This document shows, piece after piece, positions 46,769-56,531 of a DNA stretch of 60,182 bases. The notes under the pieces are model-generated. The model saw only the letters and a program-made list of their open reading frames with translations. It was not told where the DNA came from and made no database searches. Position 1 is the stretch's first letter, and each line of letters begins with the position of its first letter. Source of the stretch: Moraxella sp. Lineage in GTDB: Bacteria; Pseudomonadota; Gammaproteobacteria; Pseudomonadales; Moraxellaceae. The stretch spans positions 1 to 60,182 of the forward strand of contig JAUNUB010000001.1 in NCBI GenBank assembly GCA_030538375.1. Direction: 5' to 3'. Both the position numbers and the translations under genes were made by a program.

Positions 46769-46890
46769 AAAACAAGGCAACGGCTATTCTGCGGTAACAG
46801 TCAGCCGTTCCCTATTGATAGCCAAACTTAAACCTACCTATCGCAAGAGTAAAGCCCTGTCTGCTTGCAAGCAGGGGTATATCACATTAT
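46767..46890 (-). ncRNA. Candidate structured leader / cis-antisense RNA upstream of com
   Basis: AACGGCT/AGCCGTT hairpin with CTG-CGGTAA-CAG inner stem, GATAG/CTATC and CCCTG/CAGGG stems; ends in a U-tract on the minus strand. Confidence 0.4.
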
Positions 46891-46915
46891 GAAGTATTAT
46901 TGCAGTAGATAAAAT

Positions 46916-47116
46916 ATGAAACCCTTAAATTGTCAACATTGCAAACGAGTTTTGTTAGAAATTGATATTTTTAATAAACTTACCATAAAATGTCGCCGTT
47001 GTCGTCATTTTAATCATTTTGAGCGTGCCTTGCGTACCAATCATTTAGCAGACCCAGCGTCTCATTACCTGTTAAATGTGGAGCAAAACAATGGCACAGC
47101 CCATTCTAAAAATTGA
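46916..47116 (+). CDS. com: Com-family zinc-ribbon regulator
   Basis: CQHCKRVL....F..L.IKCRRC...N; near the right end, as in Mu. Confidence 0.8.
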   Translation: MKPLNCQHCKRVLLEIDIFNKLTIKCRRCRHFNHFERALRTNHLADPASHYLLNVEQNNGTAHSKN

Positions 47117-47258
47117 CCCCAAAGCCCCAGCCAAAAACGGCTTTACCTACAAGCCCAAATTTGGGCTAATTATCCAATGCGATGATGAAACCCACCAACA
47201 AGCCGTGTTTGAGCATTTAAAGCAATTAGGCTACAAGGCAAAGGTGGTGGTTGTATGA
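47091..47258 (+). CDS. Small hypothetical protein of the modification cassette
   Basis: GGAG RBS; FGLIIQCDDE.HQ..VFE.L...GY; overlaps com and the ATPase. Confidence 0.7.
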   Translation: MAQPILKIDPKAPAKNGFTYKPKFGLIIQCDDETHQQAVFEHLKQLGYKAKVVVV

Positions 47259-48417
47259 ACATTAACATTCATCACACCTGCACCGACTTTAATAGCTACC
47301 GAGCAGAACGTGTTAAATCTTTATTTAATGTAGAAACAGGGGTAGATGTCAAAATTACCGCTGATTTACCCATTGAAAGCAAACATTGGCAAGATGATGA
47401 CGACAAAGACTGGCAAATTGGCGTGATTGTTGGGCGTTCTGGTACAGGCAAAACATCTATCGGCAAACAAATTTGGGCAGATACTGCCATTTATAACCCC
47501 ACTTGGCAAGCCGACAAGCCCATCATTGACCAAATCGCTGTTAATGATAGCATTGATAAAGCCACCGCTTGCCTGTCTGCGGTGGGGCTTGGTACAGTCC
47601 CTGCGTGGTTACGCCCCCACCATGTGTTAAGTAATGGCGAGCAGTTTCGTGCCAATCTTGCCAAAGCTCTGGCAGACGAACCAAACCGCCTAATTATTGA
47701 TGAGTTTAGTAGTGTGGTAGACAGACAAATTGCTTGTATCGGTGCGTCAGCCTTTGCAAAGGCATGGAGACGCACTAAGGGAAAACAGGCGATTTTGCTT
47801 ACCTGTCATTATGATGTGCTGGATTGGTTAGAGCCTGACTGGGTATATAACACCGACACGGGGCAATTTACCAAAAACAAAGATAACAGGGGGGTTACTT
47901 TGGCGAAAACCGCCCATTAGCTTTGACATCTACCAAACCAACTGGCGATTTTGGGACATTTTTGAGCCACATCACTATCTAAAAATGCCACATATGATAG
48001 CGTCCACTAATTACGTTGCTGTTGTAGATGGTCAGCTTGTCGCACATTTGGCGGTGTCCACTCGCCCTGCATTGGTGGAAGCTCGTACTTGTCGCCTTGT
48101 CGTTATGCCAGAGTGGCAAGGGGCTGGGCATTGGAATGCGGTTTTTAAATGCGGTGTGCGAACATTGGCTAAACGGCAATAACCGCTACGATAAGCCCAT
48201 GCGAACCATTTTTCACACCAGCCACCCAAATCTGGCACAGGCATTAAGGCGTGATAAAAAATGGACGCAGATTGGCGGTGAATTACATGGCGATAACAAA
48301 ATGCGGAGCTTGCAAACCCTATCCAAATCAAGTGGTAAAAAATCTGGAAGTGGTTATGGCGGTCATTTTAGAGCCGTACAAGGTTTTAGATACTTAGGAG
48401 CTGATTTTGATGAATAA
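47255..48417 (+). pseudogene. ABC-type ATPase-GNAT acetyltransferase fusion broken by two extra G bases
   Basis: GRSGTGKT, LSNGE, IIDEF, TCH; removing one G at 47889-47894 and one at 48126-48128 gives a continuous 386-aa ORF with FEPHHYL and RLVVMPEWQGAGIG. Confidence 0.8.
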
Positions 48418-48943
48418 ATTAAACGTGATGATAGTAGGACAAAAATGGCTTGCCGAACAACTGCTTGCTTGGTGCTTAAATGAGCCAAACATCAACGTTG
48501 TTGCCGTCTCGCCCCTAAGTGATGATGACCGCTTGGCAATATTAGCAAGGACAAATCAAATCCCCATTACCTTGCATGACAAAAACCTAACCGCCAACCA
48601 AGTGCCAATTGGTGTGGACATTATCTTAACTGCCCATGCTTATTGCTTTGTAGAAAAACAAGCAAGAGATAAAGTACAATTTGGAGCAGTCGGTTACCAC
48701 CCAAGCCTATTGCCCAAATATAAAGGCAAAAACGCCGTCAAACTCGCATTTGACAATGGCGATAAAATCGTTGGCGGTTCGCTGTATCAGCTTGATGACG
48801 GCTGGGATACAGGGCAGGTGTTAGCTCAAAGGTCGGTGGTGGTGGTTGATGATGGCGAGACATTGACAAGTCTGTGGCAGGAGAAGTTGGCACCACTTGG
48901 GTTGGGGTTGTTTAAGACGTATCTTGGGCAACTGAGCAATTAA
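48410..48943 (+). CDS. Formyltransferase (stand-alone N-terminal domain)
   Basis: GYHPSLLPKYKG and DDGWDTG.V motifs. Confidence 0.88.
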   Translation: MNKLNVMIVGQKWLAEQLLAWCLNEPNINVVAVSPLSDDDRLAILARTNQIPITLHDKNLTANQVPIGVDIILTAHAYCFVEKQARDKVQFGAVGYHPSLLPKYKGKNAVKLAFDNGDKIVGGSLYQLDDGWDTGQVLAQRSVVVVDDGETLTSLWQEKLAPLGLGLFKTYLGQLSN

Positions 48944-48950
48944 CACTCAG

Positions 48951-48990
48951 CAAAAAGACCTTGTCAGATAAAATTTGGCAAGGTCTTTTT
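48951..48990 (+). terminator. Right-end terminator
   Basis: AAAAAGACCTTG / CAAGGTCTTTTT. Confidence 0.75.
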
Positions 48991-49000
48991 GTGGAGCTTT

Positions 49001-49018
49001 GTTGCATATTATGCAATA
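49001..49018 (-). repeat. Right subterminal inverted repeat
   Basis: GTTGCATATTATGCAATA, partner of 15907-15924. Confidence 0.75.
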
Positions 49019-49078
49019 AAAAGCTAAGCTAATTATTACGCAATTTTAGGTGGATTTTTACGCTCGGCATCAGCAAGC

Positions 49079-52000
49079 CAAATTAGATGGATTTAGTAAA
49101 TCCGTCTATGACATGCACAAAAAAATGCGTCGCTTGGAACGCCAGTATGGTGCTGGGCTTAACACTGTCAAAGACTTAGGCAAAGCATCAGCAGTCACGC
49201 TTGGGGCGATGGCTTATGGTATCAAAGGTGCAGTACAAGAAGCCATGCGTTTTGAGGACGCTATGGCAGACGTCAAAAAGGTGATTGACTTTGACAGTCC
49301 GAAGGGGGTGAAAGAGTTTCGTGGTGAGCTTGAGCGGTTAAGTACAGAGCTGCCAATCGCTTTTGATGGACTTGCTAAGATTGCGGCGGCGGCAGGTCAG
49401 TCTGGCATTGCCAAAGACGAAATTATTGCCTTTACCGAATCCGCTGCCAAAATGGGCGTGGCATTTGACATCAGTGCTGATGAAGCTGGACAAGCCATGG
49501 CAGAAATGAGAACTGCTTTTAAAATGAACCAGTCCGAAGTTGAAACCTTGGCAGATAAAATCAACTACCTTGGCAACACCAGTCCAAACGCTGCTGATAA
49601 AATCTTGAGCGTCGTACAGCGTGTGGGAGCAATCGGTGAAGTGGCTGGGCTTAGCTCAGACCATATTGCCGCCATGGCAGCCAGCGTGGTTGGTATTGAT
49701 GACTCAATAGTCGGTACTGGCATTAAGAATATCGCCTTAAGATTAACCGCAGGCACTGCTGCCACCAAGCAACAAAAAGCCGCCTTTGAAGCCCTTGGCA
49801 TGAGTGCTACCCAAGTCGCCAAAGACATGCAAACAGATGCCATTGGCACGATACAGCGTGTTGTGGCGGCGATTGGGGCAATGCCAGAGCATGAGCAAGC
49901 AGCGATGACCAAGCTGTTAGTAGGTGATGAAGCCCTGCCAGTGATGGCACAAATGATTACCAATGCCGAAAATCTAGCAGATAACATCAAAGCTGTGGGT
50001 GATGCAAGTGTGTATGCTGGCAGTATGCAAGGAGAGTATGAAGCACGAGCTGCCACGCTTTCTAACAGCCTTGACACCTTTGGCAATCAGTTTACTTTGT
50101 TAAAAGCAAGTATTGGTGAAGCCTTTGCACCAGCGGTTGCCGCATTGGTGGAATCTTTAAAACCTGTTATCAGCAGCATTACCACATGGGTAAAAGAAAA
50201 CCCAACGCTCATCACCACAATTACTGCCATCACCGCCACAGTATTGGCTTTGGTGGCTGGGCTTGGTGGTTTGGCGGTGGCATTTTTTGCGGTAAGTGGT
50301 GGTTTGTCCGCATTGGCTGGATTACTGTCGTTGGCAGCTGGTGTATTTGGCTTGCTGTCCGCCCCTGTATTGCTTGTAGTAGCCGCCTTGGCAGCGGTGG
50401 GTTATGCCGCCTACAAGCTGTATCAAAACTGGGAAGAGATAAGCAACGCCATTGGCGAAATCGTCTATCATATGGTAGAAGACGTTAAAGAAAAACTAAA
50501 ATTCTTTGAAATGGCGGTGCTTGCTTTTGGGGCGTATATCACAGACACCATTGTTGGGGCATGGGAAGCTATTACCACTGCCGTCAGTGTTATCACACTC
50601 ACCATGGTGCAGGTCGTCAGCGAGCGATGGCAAGCTGTCAAAAGTAGTGCGGTGAGTGCATGGCAGTCCATCAAAGACAGCATAAAAAGCGGTGTTGATA
50701 ATGCAAGACAAGCGATAGAGATGGGTTTTAACGCCTTGCCAGCCCCTGTGCAGACCGCCCTTAGCATGGTTGGCAGTGTGGTGCAGGCACATTTTAAGAT
50801 TATCAAAACCCTCTTCACCACCACCTTCAGTGTCATCAAAGCCCTCGTGCGTGGCGATATGGACGGTGTCAAGACTGCCATCAGTACAGGCATGCAGGCA
50901 GCATGGGAGATTGTCAAGGGATTGCTTGGCGATATTATGACGGCATTTGGTCGGCTTGGTAGTGAGCTAACGCAAGCTGGCAAAAACGCCATACAGGGCT
51001 TTATCAATGGCGTAAAAGGCAAAATGAGCGAAGCCCTAAGCAGTGCCAAAGAGCTGGCAGGACAAGTGGCAAGCACGATAAAAAACGTATTCGTCATTCG
51101 CTCACCATCACGGCTTATGCGTGCGTATGGCGGCTATATTGCCGAAGGTCTTGCCCTAGGGATTAATGACAAAACCGCCCAAGCCGTCAGGGCTAGCAAA
51201 AACATGGCAAAGCAAGTGCGAGAGACGATTGCAGGCGAAATCGCAAGTCTTAAACGTGAGCTTGCCCTATTTGGCAACGATGACCCCTTGGTGGCACTGG
51301 GCTATGATATTGGCGTGGGCAAATACGGCGGGCAGAACACGAGCCAACTACAAGCACTCACCGCAGAGCTTAGCATGCGTAAAGCCAACCAAGCGGTGCT
51401 AAGCGAAATAAGCCGTATCACACATGAGATGGCAACGGCTGGTAAATCACGCCTAGAAATCCTAGACTATGAAATCAATCACACCGACAAATACAAGCAC
51501 GTCTTGGCGGACAATCTCACCGCTTATCGTGAAATCGTGGCAAGCAATGAACAGCTAAACGAGCTGTTAAAAGAGCGTGAAAGGTTCAACAGCAACACCG
51601 ATGGGCTAAAAAACACCATACTAGATTTGGAAAAACAAATCACTCTGTTTGGTAACAATTCGCCCTTTGCCAGTGAACGCTATGACCTAGCAAGGCTGAA
51701 TGCCGATGGCGACACCAAGGCAAGGGTGAGCGAGCTGTACACTATCTTAGGGCAAATGCAGAGCCAAGAAGCGACCAAAAACGCCTTTGATGACATGGTC
51801 AAAGGCGTGGCAAACCAAAGCCCCATCGACAAGCTACAAGCCGACTATGCCGAAAAAATGCGTATCGTACAAGAATTTGAAGACACGCACACAGGTATCA
51901 CCGAGCAGTCCGCCAAGGCACGAGCCGACATCGAACAAGCCTACGCCACTGCCAAACGTGATTTACTCTTGACCCAAGGGCAGGAGCTGTTTAGCGGCTT

Positions 52001-52532
52001 GGCTGGCATGGCAGAGAGCTTCGCAGGTAAGCAAAGTGGCATTTATCGTGCGATGTTCGCTGTTGAAAAAGGCTTTGCCATTGCTCAAGCAAGCATTGCC
52101 ATGAGCCAAGCCATGTCGCAAGGGCTAGCCAAGGGTTTTCCTGCTGGGCTTGGTGATATGGCAATGGCAGCGGTACAGGGAGCAAAAATCATAAGTGCCA
52201 TTAAGTCGGTTGTCATGCCAGTCGGACAAGCCCACGACGGTATCATGTCCGTACCAAAAAGCGGCACGTGGAATCTTGAAAAAGGCGAGCGAGTATTGCC
52301 ACGCCACACCGCCCAAAATCTTGATAATACGTTGTCGAGCATACAAGGGGGTGGGGTTAAAGTCGTCATTAATAATTACACAGGCGAGAAAACAGACGTA
52401 CAACAAATGCCAAATGGTGATATGATGATTACTATCGGTAAAATGATGCAAGATGTCGGACGACAACAAGCCCAACAAGTCGTCCGTGAAGAGTTAGCAC
52501 AAGGTGGCTCAATTTCTAGGAGATTAAGATGA
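49079..52532 (+). pseudogene. Lambdoid tape measure protein, 3' part (1177 aa if rejoined)
   Basis: FEDAMADVKKV, IRSPSR, GQAHDG..SVP..GTW.L.KGERV; continues the frame from 15734. Confidence 0.9.
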
Positions 52533-52705
52533 ATAAAAATGAGTTAGAAACAATTATCACCAATACAACAGCACTATCACTTGATGTTGGTTTTGCCAAT
52601 CAGATATTAATATCTTGCCTTGTGAAGTATTTGGCAGACAAAAAACACTTATTGAAAAAATCTTTACGGCACACCGAAAAGATTTTGAAAAATCTGAATA
52701 ATTAA
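52529..52705 (+). CDS. Small hypothetical protein (58 aa)
   Basis: ATGA overlap with the TMP stop, AGGAG RBS, followed by a hairpin terminator at 52704-52731. Confidence 0.45.
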   Translation: MNKNELETIITNTTALSLDVGFANQILISCLVKYLADKKHLLKKSLRHTEKILKNLNN

Positions 52706-52796
52706 AAACCCTATCATGTGATAGGGTTTTTACTGGGGGTAGATTTAGCGGTGCAGACCGAATTACAAAAAGAGAGACGACAAGGAGGCATGCTGT

Positions 52797-53135
52797 ATGG
52801 CAGGTAAACACTTTAATTTTAAATTGCAAATTGATAGTACGCAGACCATTACACCCAAAATCAGTGCAGTTAGCTTTGGTGATGGTTATGAGCAGGTGGT
52901 AAGTCATGGCATTAACAACCTTGTAACAACTTGGTCATGCCATGTACAAGGTAAAAAAACGGTGATTGATACTGCTTTGGCGTTTTTGTTGGATACCAAA
53001 GGCGTTACCCCATTTGTTATCACGCCCATTGCAGGCGAGCCCAGTGTTACCGTGCGATTAGATGGTGCAGTCAATCGCAGTAATGTTGGCGGTGATATTT
53101 GGCAAATCGCCTTTGCTGTCAAGCAGGTCTTTTAA
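52797..53135 (+). CDS. Minor tail protein M-like
   Basis: FGDGYEQ....GIN, FL....G..PF, C-terminal QVF. Confidence 0.88.
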   Translation: MAGKHFNFKLQIDSTQTITPKISAVSFGDGYEQVVSHGINNLVTTWSCHVQGKKTVIDTALAFLLDTKGVTPFVITPIAGEPSVTVRLDGAVNRSNVGGDIWQIAFAVKQVF

Positions 53136-53150
53136 CACATTTAAAACCAC

Positions 53151-53186
53151 AAAAATCCCAGTAACGGCAAATTACTGGGATTTTTT
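53151..53186. terminator. Bidirectional terminator-like hairpin
   Basis: AAAATCCCAGTAA / TTACTGGGATTTT. Confidence 0.75.
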
Positions 53187-53388
53187 ATTTTCAATTAAGG
53201 CAATTGATAGGAATATTCTAGCATGTTTCAATTCACAGAGCAAAATTACTCTGACTTGGAAGGGGCTGCTCCCCCATCAAGAATGTATTATACCTTCCTA
53301 AAAGAAGGGGTTTCAACCATAAAAAGAAATTTTGATGAAACAAAAGAAAGTCAAATTCTTTCAAATCATTTTTAAAGAGATTAACACC

Positions 53389-53493
53389 ATGCAAACTCAC
53401 AAATTTTATGCCACCTTAATATTTTTGGCTTTTTGTATGTGCTTGTATTGCTTGCCACAGATTGGTGAATTTATACGCTTGGTGAAATTATGA
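53389..53493 (+). CDS. Small hydrophobic peptide (34 aa)
   Basis: MQTHKFYATLIFLAFCMCLYCLPQIGEFIRLVKL. Confidence 0.5.
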   Translation: MQTHKFYATLIFLAFCMCLYCLPQIGEFIRLVKL

Positions 53494-53588
53494 TAATTTT
53501 AAACATATTTATGCTAACGCTCATTATTTTGATGGTGATTTATAAATTGCCAGAGATTTATCGAGTGTACAAGGAATTCAATCGTTAA
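53490..53588 (+). CDS. Small hydrophobic peptide (32 aa)
   Basis: MIILNIFMLTLIILMVIYKLPEIYRVYKEFNR; ATGA-coupled to the previous ORF; terminator at 53600-53621. Confidence 0.5.
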   Translation: MIILNIFMLTLIILMVIYKLPEIYRVYKEFNR

Positions 53589-53644
53589 GCTGTACCCATG
53601 CCCCACTTAGTAGGGGCTTTTTATCGTCATCACGGAGACCACTC

Positions 53645-54034
53645 ATGACAACCCAAAACCGCAAAACCTTAAACCTTGATGAACTCACCACGCTGATGAA
53701 CTGGCATTACGCTCGCCAAAACTGGACTGGTGAAGATGCCCAAAGCGTGAGCATTGTCTATGACAGTGAGTATCAAGACTTTGAGATTAGCACCACCGAA
53801 AAGAGTAGCCGCAAAAACCGCATAAGCCGCCTAAAAGCCGAACTCATGACATGGGGGCAAAATCAAATTACGGGTCTTGGCTATCAAGGCAAAGTCGTTA
53901 CCGTGTTTGAACTCACCTGCGATAACCATACGGTGAGTTTGCTCTTGGAGACTAGGGCGGTTGATGAATTGATTGACATGGCAGATGTGGCAAGTGATGA
54001 CGCAAAAGCAGTAGTGGCAGGCAGTGTATCATGA
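53645..54034 (+). CDS. Hypothetical protein
   Basis: GGAG RBS; stop overlaps the gpL start. Confidence 0.7.
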   Translation: MTTQNRKTLNLDELTTLMNWHYARQNWTGEDAQSVSIVYDSEYQDFEISTTEKSSRKNRISRLKAELMTWGQNQITGLGYQGKVVTVFELTCDNHTVSLLLETRAVDELIDMADVASDDAKAVVAGSVS

Positions 54035-54747
54035 CCACGCTCAACCAAGACTTTCAAAAGCTCGCCGTAGACGGTGTGATAACGCTGTATGAGCTGGATT
54101 ATTCGCACTTGATGAACAGCCCCACTGGCACGCATGTGTATCGCTTCCACGGACACAATGTACACAGCAATGACGGCAAAATCATCTGGCAGGGCAAAGA
54201 CTACACCGCCATTGCCATACAGCATGATGGGCTAGAAATGCGGTCTGATGGCAGAGCCAGCACGCCCACGCTCACCCTTGCCAACCATCTTGGCGGTGTG
54301 GCTGGAGCAGTGGGGCAATTGTGCGATGAGCTAGAAGGCTTTATTGGTTCACGGCTTAGCGTTATCACCACCCTTGCCAAATATCTTGACAGTGCCAATT
54401 TTGCCACACCAAATCCCACCGCTCATGACGAGTACAAAAAACAGCTGTGGTACATCGAGCAAAAAACCAGCCAAGACAAGCACACCGTAGTCTTTGAGCT
54501 GGCAAACCCTGTGGACTTTGGCAATGCCAAAATTCCCTGCCGTGAAATCACCAGCTACTGTGCTTGGTGCGTGAATGGCGGTTATCGTGGGGAGAGCTGT
54601 GGTTATATCGGCACGCAGTATTTTTTGGCAGATGGTACGCCCACCGATAACCCAGCCCTTGACAGCTGCGGCGGCTGGCTGTCTGATTGTCGCAAGCGTG
54701 GCAATGAAGGCAGTTTTGGCGGATTTCCGAGTTCGCTGTTGCGATAA
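54031..54747 (+). CDS. Minor tail protein L
   Basis: IIWQG..Y, W.IEQK, FEL..P, C.W...G.YRG..CGY, C......C..R, FGGFP. Confidence 0.92.
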   Translation: MTTLNQDFQKLAVDGVITLYELDYSHLMNSPTGTHVYRFHGHNVHSNDGKIIWQGKDYTAIAIQHDGLEMRSDGRASTPTLTLANHLGGVAGAVGQLCDELEGFIGSRLSVITTLAKYLDSANFATPNPTAHDEYKKQLWYIEQKTSQDKHTVVFELANPVDFGNAKIPCREITSYCAWCVNGGYRGESCGYIGTQYFLADGTPTDNPALDSCGGWLSDCRKRGNEGSFGGFPSSLLR

Positions 54748-54890
54748 GCAAAGCCCCTAAGTTTTTGCAGAACTTAGGGGCTTTTAATTTTAACCTTAGT
54801 ATAGTAAGGATTAAATCTGTGTTAGATTTTACCATAATTTTTGATGGCAGCAACACTACTTTTACAAAAATTTTACAAGGTTTTATCACC

Positions 54891-55001
54891 ATGACGAATA
54901 AATTAACAACGGTTCGCTTTTGGGCGATATGGGCGATTTTCTTTATGTTGTCACTTGGTGTGTCTGTGGCACTGGTGCTGTGGGCGTATTCTTTAATTTA
55001 A
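54891..55001 (+). CDS. Small membrane peptide, type I toxin-like (36 aa)
   Basis: MTNKLTTVRFWAIWAIFFMLSLGVSVALVLWAYSLI; structured leader at 54750-54830. Confidence 0.5.
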   Translation: MTNKLTTVRFWAIWAIFFMLSLGVSVALVLWAYSLI

Positions 55002-55029
55002 ATTTTTTTATAAAAATCAAAGACCTGTT

Positions 55030-55836
55030 ATGAAACTAACCAAAACCCTAAAAACCGCCATTAGCACCCACGCCAAAACCGCTTATCCTGCCGAGTGCTG
55101 CGGACTGATTGTGCAAATTCATGGCAAGCCCACTTACCAGCCTTGCATTAACATCGCTCTTACGCCTAATGACCAATTTGAGATAGACCCAGCCGATTGG
55201 GTGCGACTGTCCGAATTGGGCGAAATACAAGCGATTGTGCATAGCCACCCCAATGGCAGTGCCGAGCCAAGCGAAGTGGATAGGGCTCAAATGGGCGTGC
55301 ATGGGATGGATTGGGTGATTTGTGGCTATGGCGTGCATAGTGATGAACAAGAATACTGCGAGATTAAACGTCATAAGCCCACAAGCTACCTATCGCCCCT
55401 TGTGGGACGTGAGTATTATCATGGGGTGCAAGACTGCTACAGCCTTGTGCGTGATTATTACCAAAGGGAGCTTGATATTGATCTGCCAGACTTTGCACGC
55501 AACGAGAACTGGTGGGAAGATGAAAACCATGAGCCATTGTATCAAAACAACTTTGAAAAGGCTGGTTTTGTGCAGGTTCATGATTTGCAAAAACACGATG
55601 TCATACTTTGCCGTGTGGGACGCACAGAGCATATCAATCATGCCTTGGTGTGGCTGGGTGATGGCAGCTTAAACAGTGAGCCTGTCGCCCCTGTGGTCGG
55701 TGATAGTCTTATCCTACATCACCCACATGGGGCATTATCACGGCGTGAAGTGTTCGGCGATAGCTGGCGACGGCGTGTGAGCATGGTGGTGCGTCATCGC
55801 TCATTGAGCCAAGTCACGGCTTGCCAGTTGTGCTAA
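55030..55836 (+). CDS. Tail assembly protein K (JAB/MPN plus NlpC/P60)
   Basis: P.ECCG, HSHP...EPS..D, DCYSLVRD. Confidence 0.92.
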   Translation: MKLTKTLKTAISTHAKTAYPAECCGLIVQIHGKPTYQPCINIALTPNDQFEIDPADWVRLSELGEIQAIVHSHPNGSAEPSEVDRAQMGVHGMDWVICGYGVHSDEQEYCEIKRHKPTSYLSPLVGREYYHGVQDCYSLVRDYYQRELDIDLPDFARNENWWEDENHEPLYQNNFEKAGFVQVHDLQKHDVILCRVGRTEHINHALVWLGDGSLNSEPVAPVVGDSLILHHPHGALSRREVFGDSWRRRVSMVVRHRSLSQVTACQLC

Positions 55837-56208
55837 ATAGTTGCTACGGTTTTTATACAACAACTTGTGAGCCGATACCTTTTCGTCAATCTTGTTGATT
55901 AAAAATTGTGGCAAGGTGATATTGATTTTGTGGCTTTTGGTGTCGTATTTGGACAAATCCACATCAATCCACGCCCACATAAAGCCGTGATACTCGCTAT
56001 TGGCTTGATGTGTGCTGAATTTGCTGGGTAGTGGAATATCATCACCGTCTTCTACCAAGCCATTAAAATGCAAGTCGATACACTCGGTTGCCACCGCCAG
56101 CACGTCATCAAGTTCATCGCAGGCACTGGCTAGATTTGGTACATCAGGAAAAATAATACTGTGAGCGGTGGTGTCATCACCGTGTTTGATAGCGATTGGA
56201 TATAACAT
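55801..56208 (-). CDS. hicB: HicB antitoxin
   Basis: FPD.P...S, KINITLP..L...ID, RS.YL (RHH). Confidence 0.88.
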   Translation of the reverse strand: MLYPIAIKHGDDTTAHSIIFPDVPNLASACDELDDVLAVATECIDLHFNGLVEDGDDIPLPSKFSTHQANSEYHGFMWAWIDVDLSKYDTKSHKINITLPQFLINKIDEKVSAHKLLYKNRSNYLAQLASRDLAQ

Positions 56209-56250
56209 AATCATAACTCCGTATGTAGGCAAGGGGGCAAAAGCTAGGGG

Positions 56251-56439
56251 TTAATCCCCCAGCCCTGCTTGTCTCATAATACTTTTGACGGTGATGTTAT
56301 CAAGGTCTTTGTTTGGGTGGGGGACGGTAACTCGTCCCTTTTTAGTGGGGTGTTTGTACTGCCAATGACTGCCCACTACATTTACCTTGTACCAACCGTC
56401 AGCGGTGATTATTTTGATGACTTCTTTACTGCTTGCCAT
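56251..56439 (-). CDS. hicA: HicA toxin
   Basis: DGW.....GSH.QYKHPTKKGRVTVPHP.KDL; palindrome TTATAAC..GTTATAA upstream. Confidence 0.92.
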   Translation of the reverse strand: MASSKEVIKIITADGWYKVNVVGSHWQYKHPTKKGRVTVPHPNKDLDNITVKSIMRQAGLGD

Positions 56440-56531
56440 AATAAAAACCCTATTGCGTTGTTGGTGAGTATATTATAACCCTAGAGTTATAATAAGTCAA
56501 GAAAATTTTAAAACTTTTATGGAGCAAAATC

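Larger units (their letters stand above)
15814..49072 (+). mobile_element. BcepMu/B3-like transposable myovirus prophage (33,259 bp)
   Basis: GCAAGC duplicated at 15808-15813 and 49073-49078; DDE transposase, AAA ATPase, Mor, GemA, Mu-type head, P2-like contractile tail, Com; leftward early operon. Confidence 0.93.

Noticed and set aside
46037-46916. Gin-type invertible tail-fibre segment or diversity-generating retroelement
   Set aside because: No invertase, reverse transcriptase, second fibre cassette or template/variable repeat pair seen
47255-47920. ABC transporter subunit
   Set aside because: No permease or binding protein nearby; continues into a GNAT domain after frameshift correction
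49050-49078. GTG 49050 as the native tape measure start
   Set aside because: Lies inside the Mu-like right end; the native start is 15734
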